From contig JANRKS010000005.1 of NCBI GenBank assembly GCA_033763315.1, positions 1 through 64,000 on the forward strand: a stretch of 64,000 nt of DNA, written 5' to 3'. Source of the stretch: Deltaproteobacteria bacterium. Lineage in GTDB: Bacteria; Myxococcota_A; Polyangia; Fen-1088. The notes beneath the pieces are model-generated. The model searched no databases. It was given only the letters and a program-made list of their open reading frames with translations, and was not told where the DNA came from. Both the position numbers and the translations under genes were made by a program. Numbering within the stretch: the first letter of the stretch is position 1; the number at the start of each line of letters is the position of its first letter. This document shows positions 42,741 to 53,545 of the stretch, piece by piece.

Positions 42741-42855
42741 TGGCGCTCGTTCGCTGCGTGAAGGAACTTGATAAGGTGGAAGAAGCGAACGACGAAGAGC
42801 GCGTTGGCGTGAACATCGTTCGTCGCGCCATCGAAGAACCCTGCCGCCAAATCTC
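42741..42855 (+). repeat. 115-bp direct repeat of internal groEL segment 40192..40306
   Basis: 112/115 identical. The three differences (CTT>CTC, GTG>GTT, CCT>CCC) are all synonymous. Confidence 0.97.
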
Positions 42856-42856
42856 C

Positions 42857-45145
42857 CTAGCGCGCGACCAGGTCCTTCATCCACGGCACGTCAGCGGGCC
42901 GCACAGGCTTAATGAGCTCGGCCTTCCATTCCTCATCGGTGAGGCGCTTCCAGTTCTCGGTTGTGTGCTGGATGTAGCTTGAGACCAACCCTGCGTAGGC
43001 GCGCGGTCCTGCGCAGGTGTTAACCGTGGTGACCATCAACCGCGCATAGCCCGTTGCCACGTGCAGGATCCGCCCCACTTCGCCACCGCCCTCGTCGGTG
43101 GGTTGTGTGTGAACATCAGCGATGGTGGGGTCAAACTCAAGCGCATTGCCAAAGAACAGTTCCTTGTACCAGCCCTTTTCAAAGAAGCCGCCGCCGCAAA
43201 TATTCTGAATCACCACCGCTTGGTTGATGAACTGCATGTGCGCCGCCGTGAACGGCTTTTCGTCTCGCTGGAATTCCGCCATCTCTTGCAAGATGCCCAT
43301 GATTTCTTGCAGCCGTGTGAAATAGGCTTTCGCGCCAGCGACCACGGTACCCGCGCCCACAAGCGGCTGCAAAGCGGCTTGCCCCTTGGCGGCGAAGGCA
43401 GCCACGGCCGCGTAGAACGCTGGGTAAGGATCGATGAAGGCATCGGGAAACTCGCACACGGCCCCACCCGTATACGATTGTTTGGCGTAAAGGATGGTGT
43501 CGTGACGAAGCTCGGCCCACGAAGCCAACTGCGTGTTGAGCATGCGACGGCCCCAGGCTTCCGTGGTCGCCACTGCGGGCAACTTCGCTGCCGCATCAGG
43601 CGATAACGTGCGCAACGCTGAAAGCCAGTGGTTGTATAAGTTGGCGCTCCAGAACGCTGGGCCATGGGCATCAGCCAAAACGCGCATCGCGGCTAGATCA
43701 GGCGCATAGGGAAAGGCTTGCAGTTCGGGCTTAAGCAAAGCGGCTGCTTGGTTGTTGCCTAATGCCGCGAATGCCGCGTCCAATGGGTCGGGCATCATCC
43801 GCTTAACGGTGCCGAGTGCCACACGATCGTAAACCACGTTGCTGAACACGTGCGAATCGATCACATACCGCTGGCCCAACAACAAGAACGTGCGCGACAG
43901 CGGCAGCGTGCCTTTGTTGAGGCCATTGACCATGTAGTGGCTGGAGATACGTTGACGGCCAAGATCTCCTGCCACCAAGGCGTCTAGGATGGTTGCATCA
44001 GGCAAGGCCTGCACAGCGGCAACAGAATCGGCGCCGATCCCCGCGAGCATTGCTTCAAGCTGTGGCGCGGTCATGTTGTCCGACTCGCCGACGAACGATT
44101 CGATGGTGCTGTCGATGCGCGCAAAGCTGGCGCGCGCGGGTGCGTCCATCAGTGCCACCAAGCTAAAGCCCGCGTCGAATTGGCGGCGGCGGAACACCTG
44201 CGATCCGTCGTCCTGCGTTTCCAGAATGCGAAAATCAATGCGGCCAAGCCACATCATCGCGCGGAAGTACCGAGTGAGCTCAGGCGAATCGGTGTAATGC
44301 CCGCGTGGCGTGAACTGTGAAAAATCCATCCTTCGCTCGGAATCAAACAGCTTCAGTTTTTCTGCGCCTCTTGCGGCAATGGCTTTCGCAACAAAGGCGG
44401 CGATGTCCTTTTCGGAGGCGCCGGCCACGGGCGGTGCCATTTCCGTTTCGTTCAACAGTGACAAAGCCACCGCCAGATAGAAGTCGGCGTCCTTTTGCGC
44501 CACCGGACCCAAAGCGGCAATGGTGCCCGCTTTTAAGTTGGTGCGCATACGTAAAAGCAGTGACTTCAACTCGGGGATAAGCACCGACGTTTCAATTGCC
44601 TTCAAGATGTCGTCGTAAGAGCGGTGCAAAGCGAACAAGATTGAATCGGCTGAAACGAACACAGGCAAGTCTTGGCTGTATATGGTCTGATACCCGTAGG
44701 CGAACGTTGGATAGCGGTAGCGATCTGTCACCACGAAGCCATTCGTCTTTAAGATCTGCGTTTCCGCGTCGTTGAGCTTCAACTCCGAACCTTGAATCAG
44801 CGATAGGTTTTGTGCAGCGAGAGGGTCGTAACCCAAGGTCGACGCAAACGCCGTGGGATAACGCGTGGCGAGTGCTTCCGGGGTGAGGCTCTTAAGGTCG
44901 CCCAACGAAACCGCCAACTGTTGGCGCTCTAAAGCTTCCGTGGGCGAAGCTGCAACGGTCACCTTGGTTCCGGGATCCAAAGGCACCGAGGTGATGCCAC
45001 CGCCGTGGCCACCGCCTGCGCCGGGCGCCCCTGCATTACCGCCCGCACCGGGCCCGGTCGATTGCCCGCCGGAACAGCCAACCATGCTGCTCAACATGGC
45101 AAGGGATAGTGCACCTACAACCTTCGTTACGCGCCCCATGGTCAT
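42857..45145 (-). CDS. DUF3160 family lipoprotein
   Basis: Lipobox MVGC; [65 protein letters not shown]. Confidence 0.9.
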   Translation of the reverse strand: MTMGRVTKVVGALSLAMLSSMVGCSGGQSTGPGAGGNAGAPGAGGGHGGGITSVPLDPGTKVTVAASPTEALERQQLAVSLGDLKSLTPEALATRYPTAFASTLGYDPLAAQNLSLIQGSELKLNDAETQILKTNGFVVTDRYRYPTFAYGYQTIYSQDLPVFVSADSILFALHRSYDDILKAIETSVLIPELKSLLLRMRTNLKAGTIAALGPVAQKDADFYLAVALSLLNETEMAPPVAGASEKDIAAFVAKAIAARGAEKLKLFDSERRMDFSQFTPRGHYTDSPELTRYFRAMMWLGRIDFRILETQDDGSQVFRRRQFDAGFSLVALMDAPARASFARIDSTIESFVGESDNMTAPQLEAMLAGIGADSVAAVQALPDATILDALVAGDLGRQRISSHYMVNGLNKGTLPLSRTFLLLGQRYVIDSHVFSNVVYDRVALGTVKRMMPDPLDAAFAALGNNQAAALLKPELQAFPYAPDLAAMRVLADAHGPAFWSANLYNHWLSALRTLSPDAAAKLPAVATTEAWGRRMLNTQLASWAELRHDTILYAKQSYTGGAVCEFPDAFIDPYPAFYAAVAAFAAKGQAALQPLVGAGTVVAGAKAYFTRLQEIMGILQEMAEFQRDEKPFTAAHMQFINQAVVIQNICGGGFFEKGWYKELFFGNALEFDPTIADVHTQPTDEGGGEVGRILHVATGYARLMVTTVNTCAGPRAYAGLVSSYIQHTTENWKRLTDEEWKAELIKPVRPADVPWMKDLVAR

Positions 45146-45298
45146 GCGCGCGTTGCGCTGCAAGTCGTAAGCCAACGGGAGTTCATGGAAGGGGCGTGCT
45201 TAATGCCAACGGCCTCAAACTGATCCTCGAAAATCTGAGGGGCACTGGTGAGGTTGTCGCAGTTTTGCGCTGGCCAACGCTCCACGATACCGCTCCAG

Positions 45299-45524
45299 TC
45301 AGCGGCGTGCCCGCCTTCGGCGCGATAAGACAAAGACTAGCCACGCCACACCAAAACCCGCACCGCGTGCATTCGCGCCACCGTACGCACAGCTTCCGCC
45401 CCCAGTGTCAGCAGCCGTTCCGGCGTCTGGCGCCATTGCAACATCGAACGGAATCGCCGCTCGTGATGAAGATGAGTAGGTATGAGGGTAAAGGATCGCA
45501 TGTTCGGCGCCAGGTTTCAGGGGA
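45299..45524 (-). pseudogene. C-terminal relic of a MYXO-CTERM-like sorted protein
   Basis: PDAG..DTGGGSCAYGG + hydrophobic stretch + RRRRARR-stop; no plausible N-terminal body; abuts the motif at 45525. Confidence 0.55.
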
Positions 45525-45559
45525 CCGGGGGAAACGAAGTTTACGGAAGGGGTGTTGTC
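45525..45559 (+). repeat. Dispersed ~33-bp motif, copy 1
   Basis: CCGGGGGAAACGAAGTTTACGGAAGGGGTGTTGTC; the 20-nt core AAACGAAGTTTACGGAAGGG is identical to copy 3. Confidence 0.85.
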
Positions 45560-45874
45560 CGCCATCTGCGGCTGGGCGCCACCTTTGTCGCGAGTGCAAA
45601 TGCAGCTTGAATGTCCTAAGTGCGCCAACCCCAGCGATCACATCCACGGCAGCGCAACAAAGCGGTGCTAGGCGCGTTCATCAACTCAACGCCGATTGAA
45701 GTGTTTGAACAGAGGCGCGGTTGGCCGCCCTAGCCCGCGGGATCCGGTCTTGCCACAGCACAAAGCGCCTACGACCGGCGCCTCGTGGATCCGTGATCAA
45801 TAGTAGTTTTGTACCTGTAGATCAGGTGATATCTGCGTCTGACGCCTTCCTCGTCGCTCAGATAGCATCTATGG

Positions 45875-47452
45875 ATGCACAAGCGTACAGCAGTATCGTC
45901 GCGCGTCGCAGACCGCCGGTTATTCCTTCGTGGTGCCGGCGGCGTGGTCGTTGGCCTGCCTTTTCTGCCTTCAATCCTCACCCGCCAGGCCCATGCAGCA
46001 GACCCCGTGCCGTCCAGGAGGAAGTTCTTCTATGCGATGGTCACAGAGCACGGAGGCGCTTGGGACAGCAACTTCTTCCCGTCTCAGAGCCTGCTGACTC
46101 AGAAGACCAACTACGCCGCCGCCGGGCACGACATCCGTTGGGGCGAGCTCACTCCGCAGAGCAGCGGCGGACAAACAAGCCTCTCTAAGGTTTTGACGGC
46201 ACCGTCAAGCTCGCTTTCGCCTTCGCTGTTGCGGAAGATCAACGTCATCCGCGGGCTTGATACCGCCATGCACATTGGTCACAACCGCGGCGGGGTGTTG
46301 GGCAATTTCGCCGACACGAACGGCCAGAACCAGCTAGGCCTTTCGCACCGCCCCACCTTGGATCAAATCATGGCGTGGTCCCCGGCCGTCTATGCGACGC
46401 CTCAATCACTCAAGCTGCGCAGCATGGCTTACGGACCATCGTGGGGTTATGCCAATCCAGCCGCGCAATCGGGCACCGTGCAAAAAGTAGGGGACGCCGG
46501 CAGCTCGCGAGATCTGTTCGACAAGATCTTCACGCCCCAAGGCACTGTCACTCCGGTGCCGGTTCGCAAGCCCATCGTGGATAAGATCATCGCGAACTAC
46601 AGACGCTTGCGGGATTCCGACCGCAGGTTGTCGGCGGATGATCGGCGGCGCTTGGAGGCGCATATGGCGTTGCTTGCAGAAACCGAAGCGCGCCTAGCCA
46701 ACGCGAACAGCGAAGCGTTTTCGTGTGGCAAAAACACAAAGCCTACCGAAAGCCACTCGGACAATTACGGCAATATGACCAAGTACGTGAACCTTCTGCA
46801 CGACGTGTTCGCAGTTGCGTTTGCCTGCGGTTCCAGTCGCATTGCAACAGTTTCACTTTATCCATTTGTGGGTGAGGGCGGCGGTGACTGGCACCAAAGC
46901 GTGGCTCACCAATGGCAAACCAACAGCGCACAAGATCACTTGGTCAAGTTCTACGCGTCAGTGTTTCGGAACGCATTCTTGAACTTTGCAAACAAGCTTG
47001 ATGCAATCGCGTCCGGGCCGGGCCGAACCCTTCTAGATGATTCGCTGCTGATGTGGACGCAAGAATCCGGCATGGAAACGCATTGGCAAGTCTCGATCCC
47101 GGTGGTCACCGCTGGGGGTGCCGGAGGCGCCATCAAGACAGGCTCGTTCATCGACTACCGCAACATGAACTCGCCGCATAAATACTTGGCTGGCGAAGTG
47201 ACCTGGGCGGGCACTGACGACAAAGCACGCATACACGGCCTGCTGTACAACCAGTTCTTGGCCACCGCCTTGTTGGCCATGGGCGTGCAACGTCCCGAAT
47301 TTGAGCGCTGGGGACACAAGGGCTTCGGTCACGTGGGATTTGGCACCGTGCCCAACGAATACCCCCACGCAACCACCCGGTCGTACTATCAAGGCGAAAC
47401 CGGCAAGTTGTTCCAAATCGCAAGCGATCCCTTGCCAGTTCTTAGCGCCTGA
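45875..47452 (+). CDS. DUF1552 family protein (second subfamily)
   Basis: DRRLFLRG..GLPFLPSI, TLDQIMAWSP, RRLSADDRRRLEAH, AFACGSSRIA, WHQSVAH, LLDDSLLMWTQE; closest paralog is 35133..36623. Confidence 0.85.
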   Translation: MHKRTAVSSRVADRRLFLRGAGGVVVGLPFLPSILTRQAHAADPVPSRRKFFYAMVTEHGGAWDSNFFPSQSLLTQKTNYAAAGHDIRWGELTPQSSGGQTSLSKVLTAPSSSLSPSLLRKINVIRGLDTAMHIGHNRGGVLGNFADTNGQNQLGLSHRPTLDQIMAWSPAVYATPQSLKLRSMAYGPSWGYANPAAQSGTVQKVGDAGSSRDLFDKIFTPQGTVTPVPVRKPIVDKIIANYRRLRDSDRRLSADDRRRLEAHMALLAETEARLANANSEAFSCGKNTKPTESHSDNYGNMTKYVNLLHDVFAVAFACGSSRIATVSLYPFVGEGGGDWHQSVAHQWQTNSAQDHLVKFYASVFRNAFLNFANKLDAIASGPGRTLLDDSLLMWTQESGMETHWQVSIPVVTAGGAGGAIKTGSFIDYRNMNSPHKYLAGEVTWAGTDDKARIHGLLYNQFLATALLAMGVQRPEFERWGHKGFGHVGFGTVPNEYPHATTRSYYQGETGKLFQIASDPLPVLSA

Positions 47453-47590
47453 GAGCTCAGCCGACCTCGAACTCCGGTCTCTATAGGCAACAAGCGCTTT
47501 GTGGCCGTCGGAGAAAACACGCGCGGGCGTCCTCAATCCTCTGTTCCGGCAGCCTATACGGAGCGGTGGGTTCAAGTCGAAGCGTCTACG

Positions 47591-47818
47591 CTACGCGGGT
47601 GCAACGCTTGCTCTGGCTCGTAACGTGATGAACGCGCTACGGGTGTGATTGTGCGCGATCACTCCTACCGCCAACGCCAAGTAAATCGACACGGGACACA
47701 GAATGGGGATCCACTGTGGCCGCGCATACTGCAGCCCCGCGGCTATCGACAGCGCCGCCCACACAACGGTTCGCCAGCCGTTATTGTTTCGCAGCAGCAC
47801 GGGCCGTGAGCTCTGCAC
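47591..47818 (-). pseudogene. N-terminal fragment of a fatty acid desaturase-like protein
   Basis: WRTVVW, TM segments, then GVIAHNH; breaks off within the first His box. Confidence 0.55.
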
Positions 47819-47848
47819 GCCAGCCCAATCGCCCGCGGCTATGTGCGT

Positions 47849-48403
47849 TCAGTGTGAAGCGCTCGTTGGCGTGCCGATGGCGGTCAGGGCGCTCACAATA
47901 TCAGCGCTCACAGGAGTTGGTTCGGGCCCTTCGCTGCGCTGTCTGGCCACGTTCGCTGCGTCTTTGAGCGTCACGATGCCCAATAACAGGTTGTCGCTGT
48001 TTAACACCGGAAGCCTGTTTACTTGCGCGGAGCTCATACGTTGAAGGGCACGGTCCGCCGTGTCCGTTGGCATCGTGACGACGGCGGCAGCCAATGAATC
48101 CGTCGGCCTGCACGTGGCAACGGATGTGGTCATGATTCCTTCCACGATCGTTCCTCGGCCGCTCTGGCTAAGCCGACTACGAAATTTTCTGAGTTGTTCC
48201 GCGGCGCTCTCCACGGCGTCGGCAGTCATGCCCTTTAGGTGTTCAGCGGCGGCACTCGGATCAGGGAGATTCTTCTCGATGGTTTTCCACTCGCTGCGCA
48301 ACTCCATGCCCGCCAAATGCAGATCGACGACGATTTGCTCGCGAAGCGATTTGAGTTCAGCAAGCTTATCCTGCACCTTGTCTCGTAAAGTTTGGTTCGC
48401 CAT
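47849..48403 (-). CDS. Coiled-coil + CBS domain protein with an apparent internal deletion
   Basis: LREQIVVDLHLAGMELRSEW; IMTTSVATCRPTDSL is joined directly to PTDT...QVNRLPVL..GIVTLKD, so the middle of the CBS pair is missing. Confidence 0.65.
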   Translation of the reverse strand: MANQTLRDKVQDKLAELKSLREQIVVDLHLAGMELRSEWKTIEKNLPDPSAAAEHLKGMTADAVESAAEQLRKFRSRLSQSGRGTIVEGIMTTSVATCRPTDSLAAAVVTMPTDTADRALQRMSSAQVNRLPVLNSDNLLLGIVTLKDAANVARQRSEGPEPTPVSADIVSALTAIGTPTSASH

Positions 48404-48439
48404 GGAATCCTCCGGGGTGTTTCAGCTTCCTCGGCTCGC

Positions 48440-48455
48440 TGCAATGGTTGTTCCA
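48440..48455 (-). promoter_or_regulatory. Putative sigma54 promoter
   Basis: TGGAAC-AACCA-TTGCA (GG-N10-GC) about 37 bp upstream of the ATG at 48403. Confidence 0.55.
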
Positions 48456-48609
48456 TACCTCCCTCCCATAAGAACGCGGCGCATGGCGGTCGTTGAGTCA
48501 ACCGACGTAACTGTGGAGAAGCGGCGGGCGGCAGCCGAAACGGATGCCATAAGGAAGCGTTCGGCGGCGTCCCCGGGCGATTAACAGGAGTTCAATCTCG
48601 CGCCATGAC

Positions 48610-50748
48610 CTACGGCCCCGCAGCCTCAGTCTCTTTGGCTGCCGCCACACGCTTGGTTACGTCATCCAGCAACGGCACGATGTCGGTGGAGAAGAAGTCC
48701 ATGTCCCCGGCTAGCTCCGGAAATGCTTTGGCATACAGGGGGCCCTGCTTCACCAAGCCCTCCAATTTGCCCTGCCACGTTTCGAGAGCCCGCAGGAGCT
48801 CCGGTCTGTCTGCCACAGCGCCTGCGGCTTTGAGCTTATCCTGCATGAGCAGCAAGAAGGTACGCATGATGTTTCCGTTCATCCGCACCATCGCCGGTAT
48901 GCGCAGGTCTTTCGTATCCTCCGGCACATCTGCCAAGGCGACCTTGAACCATTGCCCATGCAGCAGAAGCGATATGGGCGGCGCTTTGCCATCGCCCCGC
49001 CACAACGGGGCGTGGCCAAAATCACCAAGGCTGGTTTTTGCCTGCGTCTGCACCATCACGCGCTGAGCATTGAACAAGGTTTGCAGCGCGCGGTGTTCGC
49101 CGATCTTGAGCCCATTCCAATAAACGGCTTCAGTTGTGTTGTGGCCAGCGCCGCCCGAATTGAGCAAGCCTTGATCAAGCAACTCACCAATCGTGAACCA
49201 GTTGTGAGAGAAGTCGCCCGCGAATTCTTCGGTGGCGTCGCGTTTTCCTTGGGGCAGCTCCGCACGAACGTCCTCTGGAAACTGCGTAGCATAGCCCTCT
49301 TGGCAAGGTGGATCGTTCGCGCAGGGCGGACCGATGGTCGTGTTGCCCGTATTCCACCACGGGTTCATGTAGCCGCTTTTGTGATCTTCGAAAGGCACAG
49401 GGCCAAGCTCAAACCATCCTGGCTTTTTCATTAAAGCCATCCGAAAAAAGTGCTGCGCCAACAACACAGACTCATATTTTCCCTGCATGATGCTTGTGAG
49501 CCAGTTGCCGTGCCCAAGCTTGCCGTTGGCCTCGAACCAGTCGTCATAACCACCATCGTTTGTCATCTTGTCGACAGCGTTGAGCAAGGCATAAAGAGTG
49601 GTATTGGTGGGGTTCGCGGTATAGGCGTCCATAAGCTTGTACCAAGCGTCTTTTTGCGCGGCGTGTGGCACACGCGGCAACTGCGGAATCCAGTCGTTGA
49701 TGGATCTGTGCTCTTCACCGTTAAAGGCGTCCTCAGTCCACCGGGCGAAGTGAATGCCAAGCTTTGTTTTGCGTAGGTCGAGCGTAGAGAGCTCATCCCT
49801 GACCGCTTGCGCCCTGGCCAAGGAATCCACCTTGGACGTCATCAGCAGCGACTTTGAAGCCACAAGGTTCTGCAGAAACGAATGATCTTGCTCGGCGCGC
49901 GTAGTTCCTGGCAACGGCTGACCACCTGGCTGAAACGGGCGCCAGTCTGTGGTGCAGGGCCGCGTGATGTTGAATCGCTTACGTTGCGCATGCACCAGAT
50001 CTCGTACGACCAGAGCCTGCTCGCTTGTCAGATGCAAAGTAGCCCGTCGCAGGATCGCGTCGTCTCGATAAGCGATCACGGCAAGATCGATGGCGTCTGG
50101 GCTGTGGCAATTGGCGCACGCCATTCCTTTCGGATCGGGCATGCGCCACATAGCCAAGCCTTTCTGATAGGCCTCCTCGACCTGGGCGTTGTCCCAGTCA
50201 ACCTCTGCCGCAAGAGCGCCACTGCCGGGTTTGATCGATTCAGGACGCCTCGAAAGCGTCCCGAAATCCGCGCGCAGCTCGCTGTCGGGCAGCACGGAGG
50301 CAGCAAAGGCAGGCATGCCATGGCCACCCATGCGCACCCGGCTTATGTATGTGGCTTCGTCTAGTTTTCCAGGCAGCGGCGGGTACTTTCCCTGCCCTTC
50401 GCCGTAGCCACCGTGACAGGTTGAGCACGTGCTTTTGTAAACTGCGCTTAGCTTCACGCCATCCGGCAGGCCCACGCCATAACCCGGGGCCGCCACGGTG
50501 GGGCAGTCCAACATGCCCACAATCGTGGGCCCGGCGTCACCGTCGCCTGGCATGGGGCCATACGTGACGCTGCCCGTTGTCGAACCAACGTTGCCCGGCT
50601 TGTCGACGCCCCCAGCCCCTGCTTTGCCCGCGCCCCCGCCGGAATCATCGAGTCCTTCCTCTGGGATCCGTACCGCTCCGGAACAACCAGCCGCCACCAA
50701 CACCACCACAACGAACGTGGAAAAACCGTAACCTGCAGGGTTCCTCAT
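48610..50748 (-). CDS. Diheme cytochrome c lipoprotein of unknown function
   Basis: Lipobox AAGC, GMLDCP.VAAP, CSTCH...MPAF, CANCHSPDAI, WRPFQPGG.PLPG, RW.ED.FNG..HRS.NDW shared with 32884..35064. Confidence 0.85.
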   Translation of the reverse strand: MRNPAGYGFSTFVVVVLVAAGCSGAVRIPEEGLDDSGGGAGKAGAGGVDKPGNVGSTTGSVTYGPMPGDGDAGPTIVGMLDCPTVAAPGYGVGLPDGVKLSAVYKSTCSTCHGGYGEGQGKYPPLPGKLDEATYISRVRMGGHGMPAFAASVLPDSELRADFGTLSRRPESIKPGSGALAAEVDWDNAQVEEAYQKGLAMWRMPDPKGMACANCHSPDAIDLAVIAYRDDAILRRATLHLTSEQALVVRDLVHAQRKRFNITRPCTTDWRPFQPGGQPLPGTTRAEQDHSFLQNLVASKSLLMTSKVDSLARAQAVRDELSTLDLRKTKLGIHFARWTEDAFNGEEHRSINDWIPQLPRVPHAAQKDAWYKLMDAYTANPTNTTLYALLNAVDKMTNDGGYDDWFEANGKLGHGNWLTSIMQGKYESVLLAQHFFRMALMKKPGWFELGPVPFEDHKSGYMNPWWNTGNTTIGPPCANDPPCQEGYATQFPEDVRAELPQGKRDATEEFAGDFSHNWFTIGELLDQGLLNSGGAGHNTTEAVYWNGLKIGEHRALQTLFNAQRVMVQTQAKTSLGDFGHAPLWRGDGKAPPISLLLHGQWFKVALADVPEDTKDLRIPAMVRMNGNIMRTFLLLMQDKLKAAGAVADRPELLRALETWQGKLEGLVKQGPLYAKAFPELAGDMDFFSTDIVPLLDDVTKRVAAAKETEAAGP

Positions 50749-50839
50749 AAGGCCCTTCTGGCTGCGACTTTCGATACCGGCTCAAAAATCGTATCGCTTC
50801 GTAACGCGAACTGCCCATGCACGTTCCGACAGGTTGCCC

Positions 50840-50950
50840 GGGAACGAAAGTGGTTTGCTTGTCGACCTCGGGCTGCGACGTCTGCCCGTTGAGATCAAGC
50901 TGGGAGAGACGGTGGTGTTCGATTTCCTGGTCGACAAGCACTACCCATAG
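50840..50950 (+). pseudogene. Relic of a DUF4143-type (AAA_14 ATPase-associated) C-terminal domain
   Basis: Translates GNE..LLVDLGLRRLPVEIKLGETVV.DF. Restoring two compensating indels gives the GNEVDLL...VEIK PD-(D/E)xK signature. Confidence 0.55.
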
Positions 50951-50974
50951 ACACTCCGTTGTGCGGGCTGGGGG

Positions 50975-52141
50975 CTAGCGCCCTAGCTCGTCGAGCGCAC
51001 GACGCGCGTCTCGGCGTACGCGATCACTTGGATCGCGCAGCGCCTGCTCAAGCAAGGGTCGAGCCTGCGTGGGCGCGTTTTCCGCAAGCACCCGCAGCGC
51101 GTGCCGCCGATCATCAGAGTTGCTTGCGCTTGTGGCCTGGCTCTGCAAGCGCGTCGACTCTTTCTCAAACGCACTCCCATCGCCCATGCGCTTAAGAGCG
51201 AGTGCCGCGTCAAGCGCTGACGGACCTGTGCCGTCGCCGTAGCTTTGGCGTAGTGCGCCTAGCGCTTGCGCATCGCCCACTTCGCCAAGTCCCCTTATCG
51301 CTTCGCCTTGCACTTCGAAGTCTTTGTCGGCAAGCGCCCGCAAGAGACCCTGCACAGATTCCGGTCCACCCAAATCATGCAACCCGCGGACGGCATCCAT
51401 GCGCGCGCGTGAGTCTTTGTCGACCAACAGTGCGGCAATGTCATTGGCTGCTGCTGAGCGCACGGCGGGGTCGGTAGAGTTCTCGGCCATGTCGGCCAAA
51501 GCTTTGGCGGCGCGCCCACGCACGCTGGAATCGGCATCGGTCAGTAACGCCTTCATCGCCGGGATATGCGCAGGACTCTCCAGACTCTCGAGCGCGTCGA
51601 TCGCTTCCTTCCGAATGCGCGCATCGGGGTCGGCCAACAGGCCTTTGATTGCCGCCAGCGCCTGCGGGTCGGTTTTCACGCGCCCGCGCATGCGGCGCAA
51701 AGCCTGTCGCCGTTCGTCGGCGTCGTCAGATGAAAGCAACGCCTGCTCCGTGTCGCCCCCGTTTGCCGCGCGCTCTTGTAACTGCGCGACCTGACGTGAC
51801 AGTTCGGCGACTGCATTTGCCAACGATGCGCTCTCTGCTCCTTCCGATGATGGATCAATGACGAAGACGGGCGGCGGCAAACGGGTTGGCTGCGTATGAT
51901 CAAAGCCTGCTTCAAGCGCGCTTAACCGTGCCGTCAGTTCCCGCACATTGCCGCTCCGGACGCCGCCCATCACCGCAATCGCGGAAACTGTGCCAGCAAA
52001 GGGCACAGCGAAAGCGAACAACCATACGAAAGCGGAAGGCCCACTATGGGGAGGGGCGGAACCATGCCGCCCTGCATCGTTGCCACGCGGCTGCGCAGGG
52101 GCCACTTCGGTCTTAGAACTGTGTTGACGAAACGGTTGCAT
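50975..52141 (-). CDS. Membrane-anchored HEAT/PBS-repeat protein
   Basis: One TM helix, coiled coil, repeated L.D.D..VR..A..AL units. Confidence 0.85.
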   Translation of the reverse strand: MQPFRQHSSKTEVAPAQPRGNDAGRHGSAPPHSGPSAFVWLFAFAVPFAGTVSAIAVMGGVRSGNVRELTARLSALEAGFDHTQPTRLPPPVFVIDPSSEGAESASLANAVAELSRQVAQLQERAANGGDTEQALLSSDDADERRQALRRMRGRVKTDPQALAAIKGLLADPDARIRKEAIDALESLESPAHIPAMKALLTDADSSVRGRAAKALADMAENSTDPAVRSAAANDIAALLVDKDSRARMDAVRGLHDLGGPESVQGLLRALADKDFEVQGEAIRGLGEVGDAQALGALRQSYGDGTGPSALDAALALKRMGDGSAFEKESTRLQSQATSASNSDDRRHALRVLAENAPTQARPLLEQALRDPSDRVRRDARRALDELGR

Positions 52142-52256
52142 GACGTCTCTACTGGTCGGGACGGCGGACCGTGCAAAAGCGTCACAAGATCGCCAAATAA
52201 CGAAGTCTCAAGCCACTTGCTTGAACGTTTTGCTAACTTCGGCGGTAGTACTGACA

Positions 52257-52925
52257 ATGTTCTCCAAGACAATCACCCTGCAACCCGATGCGCTTTGCGC
52301 GAATGTTGGGTCTGATGTCTCCCGTGACGATGAGGCGCGTGAGATACGGCGGTTGTTGCGCGAGGCCCAGGCCGGCGATGAGCGTTCGTTCGGCGCTTTG
52401 GTCCGTCGCTACGAAGGAAGGGCTCTCGCGGTGGCTCGGCGACTTTTGGGCAACCGCGACGATGCGATGGATGCCACCCAGGATGCGCTCTTGCGTCTGT
52501 TTCGTTTTATCGGTCGGGTCGATGGCGAACGCGACTTCGGCGCATGGGTTTATCGGGTTGTGGTGAATGCATCAATGGATCTGATGGAACGCCGACAGCG
52601 TCACGCCGGCGCCTTGCAGGAGATGCAGGCCACCATTGATCCGCAGGACCTTGCCGTGTCTGCCGCCCCAGAGGCAAACGTGGAGGGACAGCGCGTTCGG
52701 GTCGCTGTGTCAGACGTAATCGCGCGCTTGCCGCCAAAAGAACGCGCGGCGCTGATTCTGCGGGACGTTGAAGGTCTATCCACGCGCGAGGTGGCGCGCT
52801 TGCTCGAATCAAGCGAAGCGACGGTACGCTCGCAAATCTGCGCGGCGCGGGGCAAACTGCGGAGCATGCGTGCCACGATGGACGAAGGACACCCAGACGT
52901 AGCGCGAAAGGATGGTGCGCGATGA
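52257..52925 (+). CDS. ECF RNA polymerase sigma factor
   Basis: GDERSFGALVRRY, DAMDATQDALL, WVYRVVVN, LILRDVEGLSTREVA, TVRSQI..AR; start uncertain. Confidence 0.9.
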   Translation: MFSKTITLQPDALCANVGSDVSRDDEAREIRRLLREAQAGDERSFGALVRRYEGRALAVARRLLGNRDDAMDATQDALLRLFRFIGRVDGERDFGAWVYRVVVNASMDLMERRQRHAGALQEMQATIDPQDLAVSAAPEANVEGQRVRVAVSDVIARLPPKERAALILRDVEGLSTREVARLLESSEATVRSQICAARGKLRSMRATMDEGHPDVARKDGAR

Positions 52926-53545
52926 AGTGTCACGCTGTCCAAAAGCTGCTTCCTTTGCACGTGGGTGGGGATCTGCCGTCCATGAAGCTCCGCCTGATTG
53001 ATCAGCACCTCGCCGGTTGCGAACAGTGCGCTTCGTTTGCGCGCGACATGGCCGACGATCGATCGTGGTTGCAGGAAAGCATGATTCGCGATGACGCGGA
53101 GATGCCTTTCGAGAGTCCGGCGGTCTTTCGCATGCACGCACGAGTCATGGATAGGATTGGCGCTGCGCCCGTGGGCCAGACATCGCGCTGGGCGTGGCGC
53201 ACTTCCACCACGATGGGCTGCTTGGGTGTAGCGGCTTTGGGTTTGCTCGCGTTTACCCGTATGCGCGCAAGCCACACCACGCCGGTGGCTTTCACCCCGG
53301 CGGCGCCCTTCGCCACGTCGGTTGAACAAAACACTTTATCTTCAGATGACAACAGTGCGGAAGGCGACTGGCGCCGCCATTGGATGCGCGACAGCGCCCC
53401 CCAAACCAGACCAGGACCTGCGCAACTGCAAACCGCTCGCGGTGCTCTTGCAGCAGTCCGGCCAAAGCCCATCGAGATACCATCCAACAGTGCCACGGTG
53501 CGAATCATTTGGTTCGGCGACGTCGTTCCGGGGCGATCTCTTTGA
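52922..53545 (+). CDS. zf-HC2 anti-sigma factor
   Basis: MKC..V..LL, HLAGCEQC, single TM; overlaps the sigma stop. Confidence 0.85.
   Translation: MKCHAVQKLLPLHVGGDLPSMKLRLIDQHLAGCEQCASFARDMADDRSWLQESMIRDDAEMPFESPAVFRMHARVMDRIGAAPVGQTSRWAWRTSTTMGCLGVAALGLLAFTRMRASHTTPVAFTPAAPFATSVEQNTLSSDDNSAEGDWRRHWMRDSAPQTRPGPAQLQTARGALAAVRPKPIEIPSNSATVRIIWFGDVVPGRSL

Noticed and set aside
42740-42982. 80-aa ORF beginning with GroEL sequence
   Set aside because: Only 38 codons derive from groEL and the rest is antisense to DUF3160; recorded as a repeat, not a gene
45174-45200. AACGGGAGTTCATGGAAGGGG, and GTTTAGGAAGGGG at 54318, as further copies of the dispersed motif
   Set aside because: Too degenerate to separate from chance without a profile search
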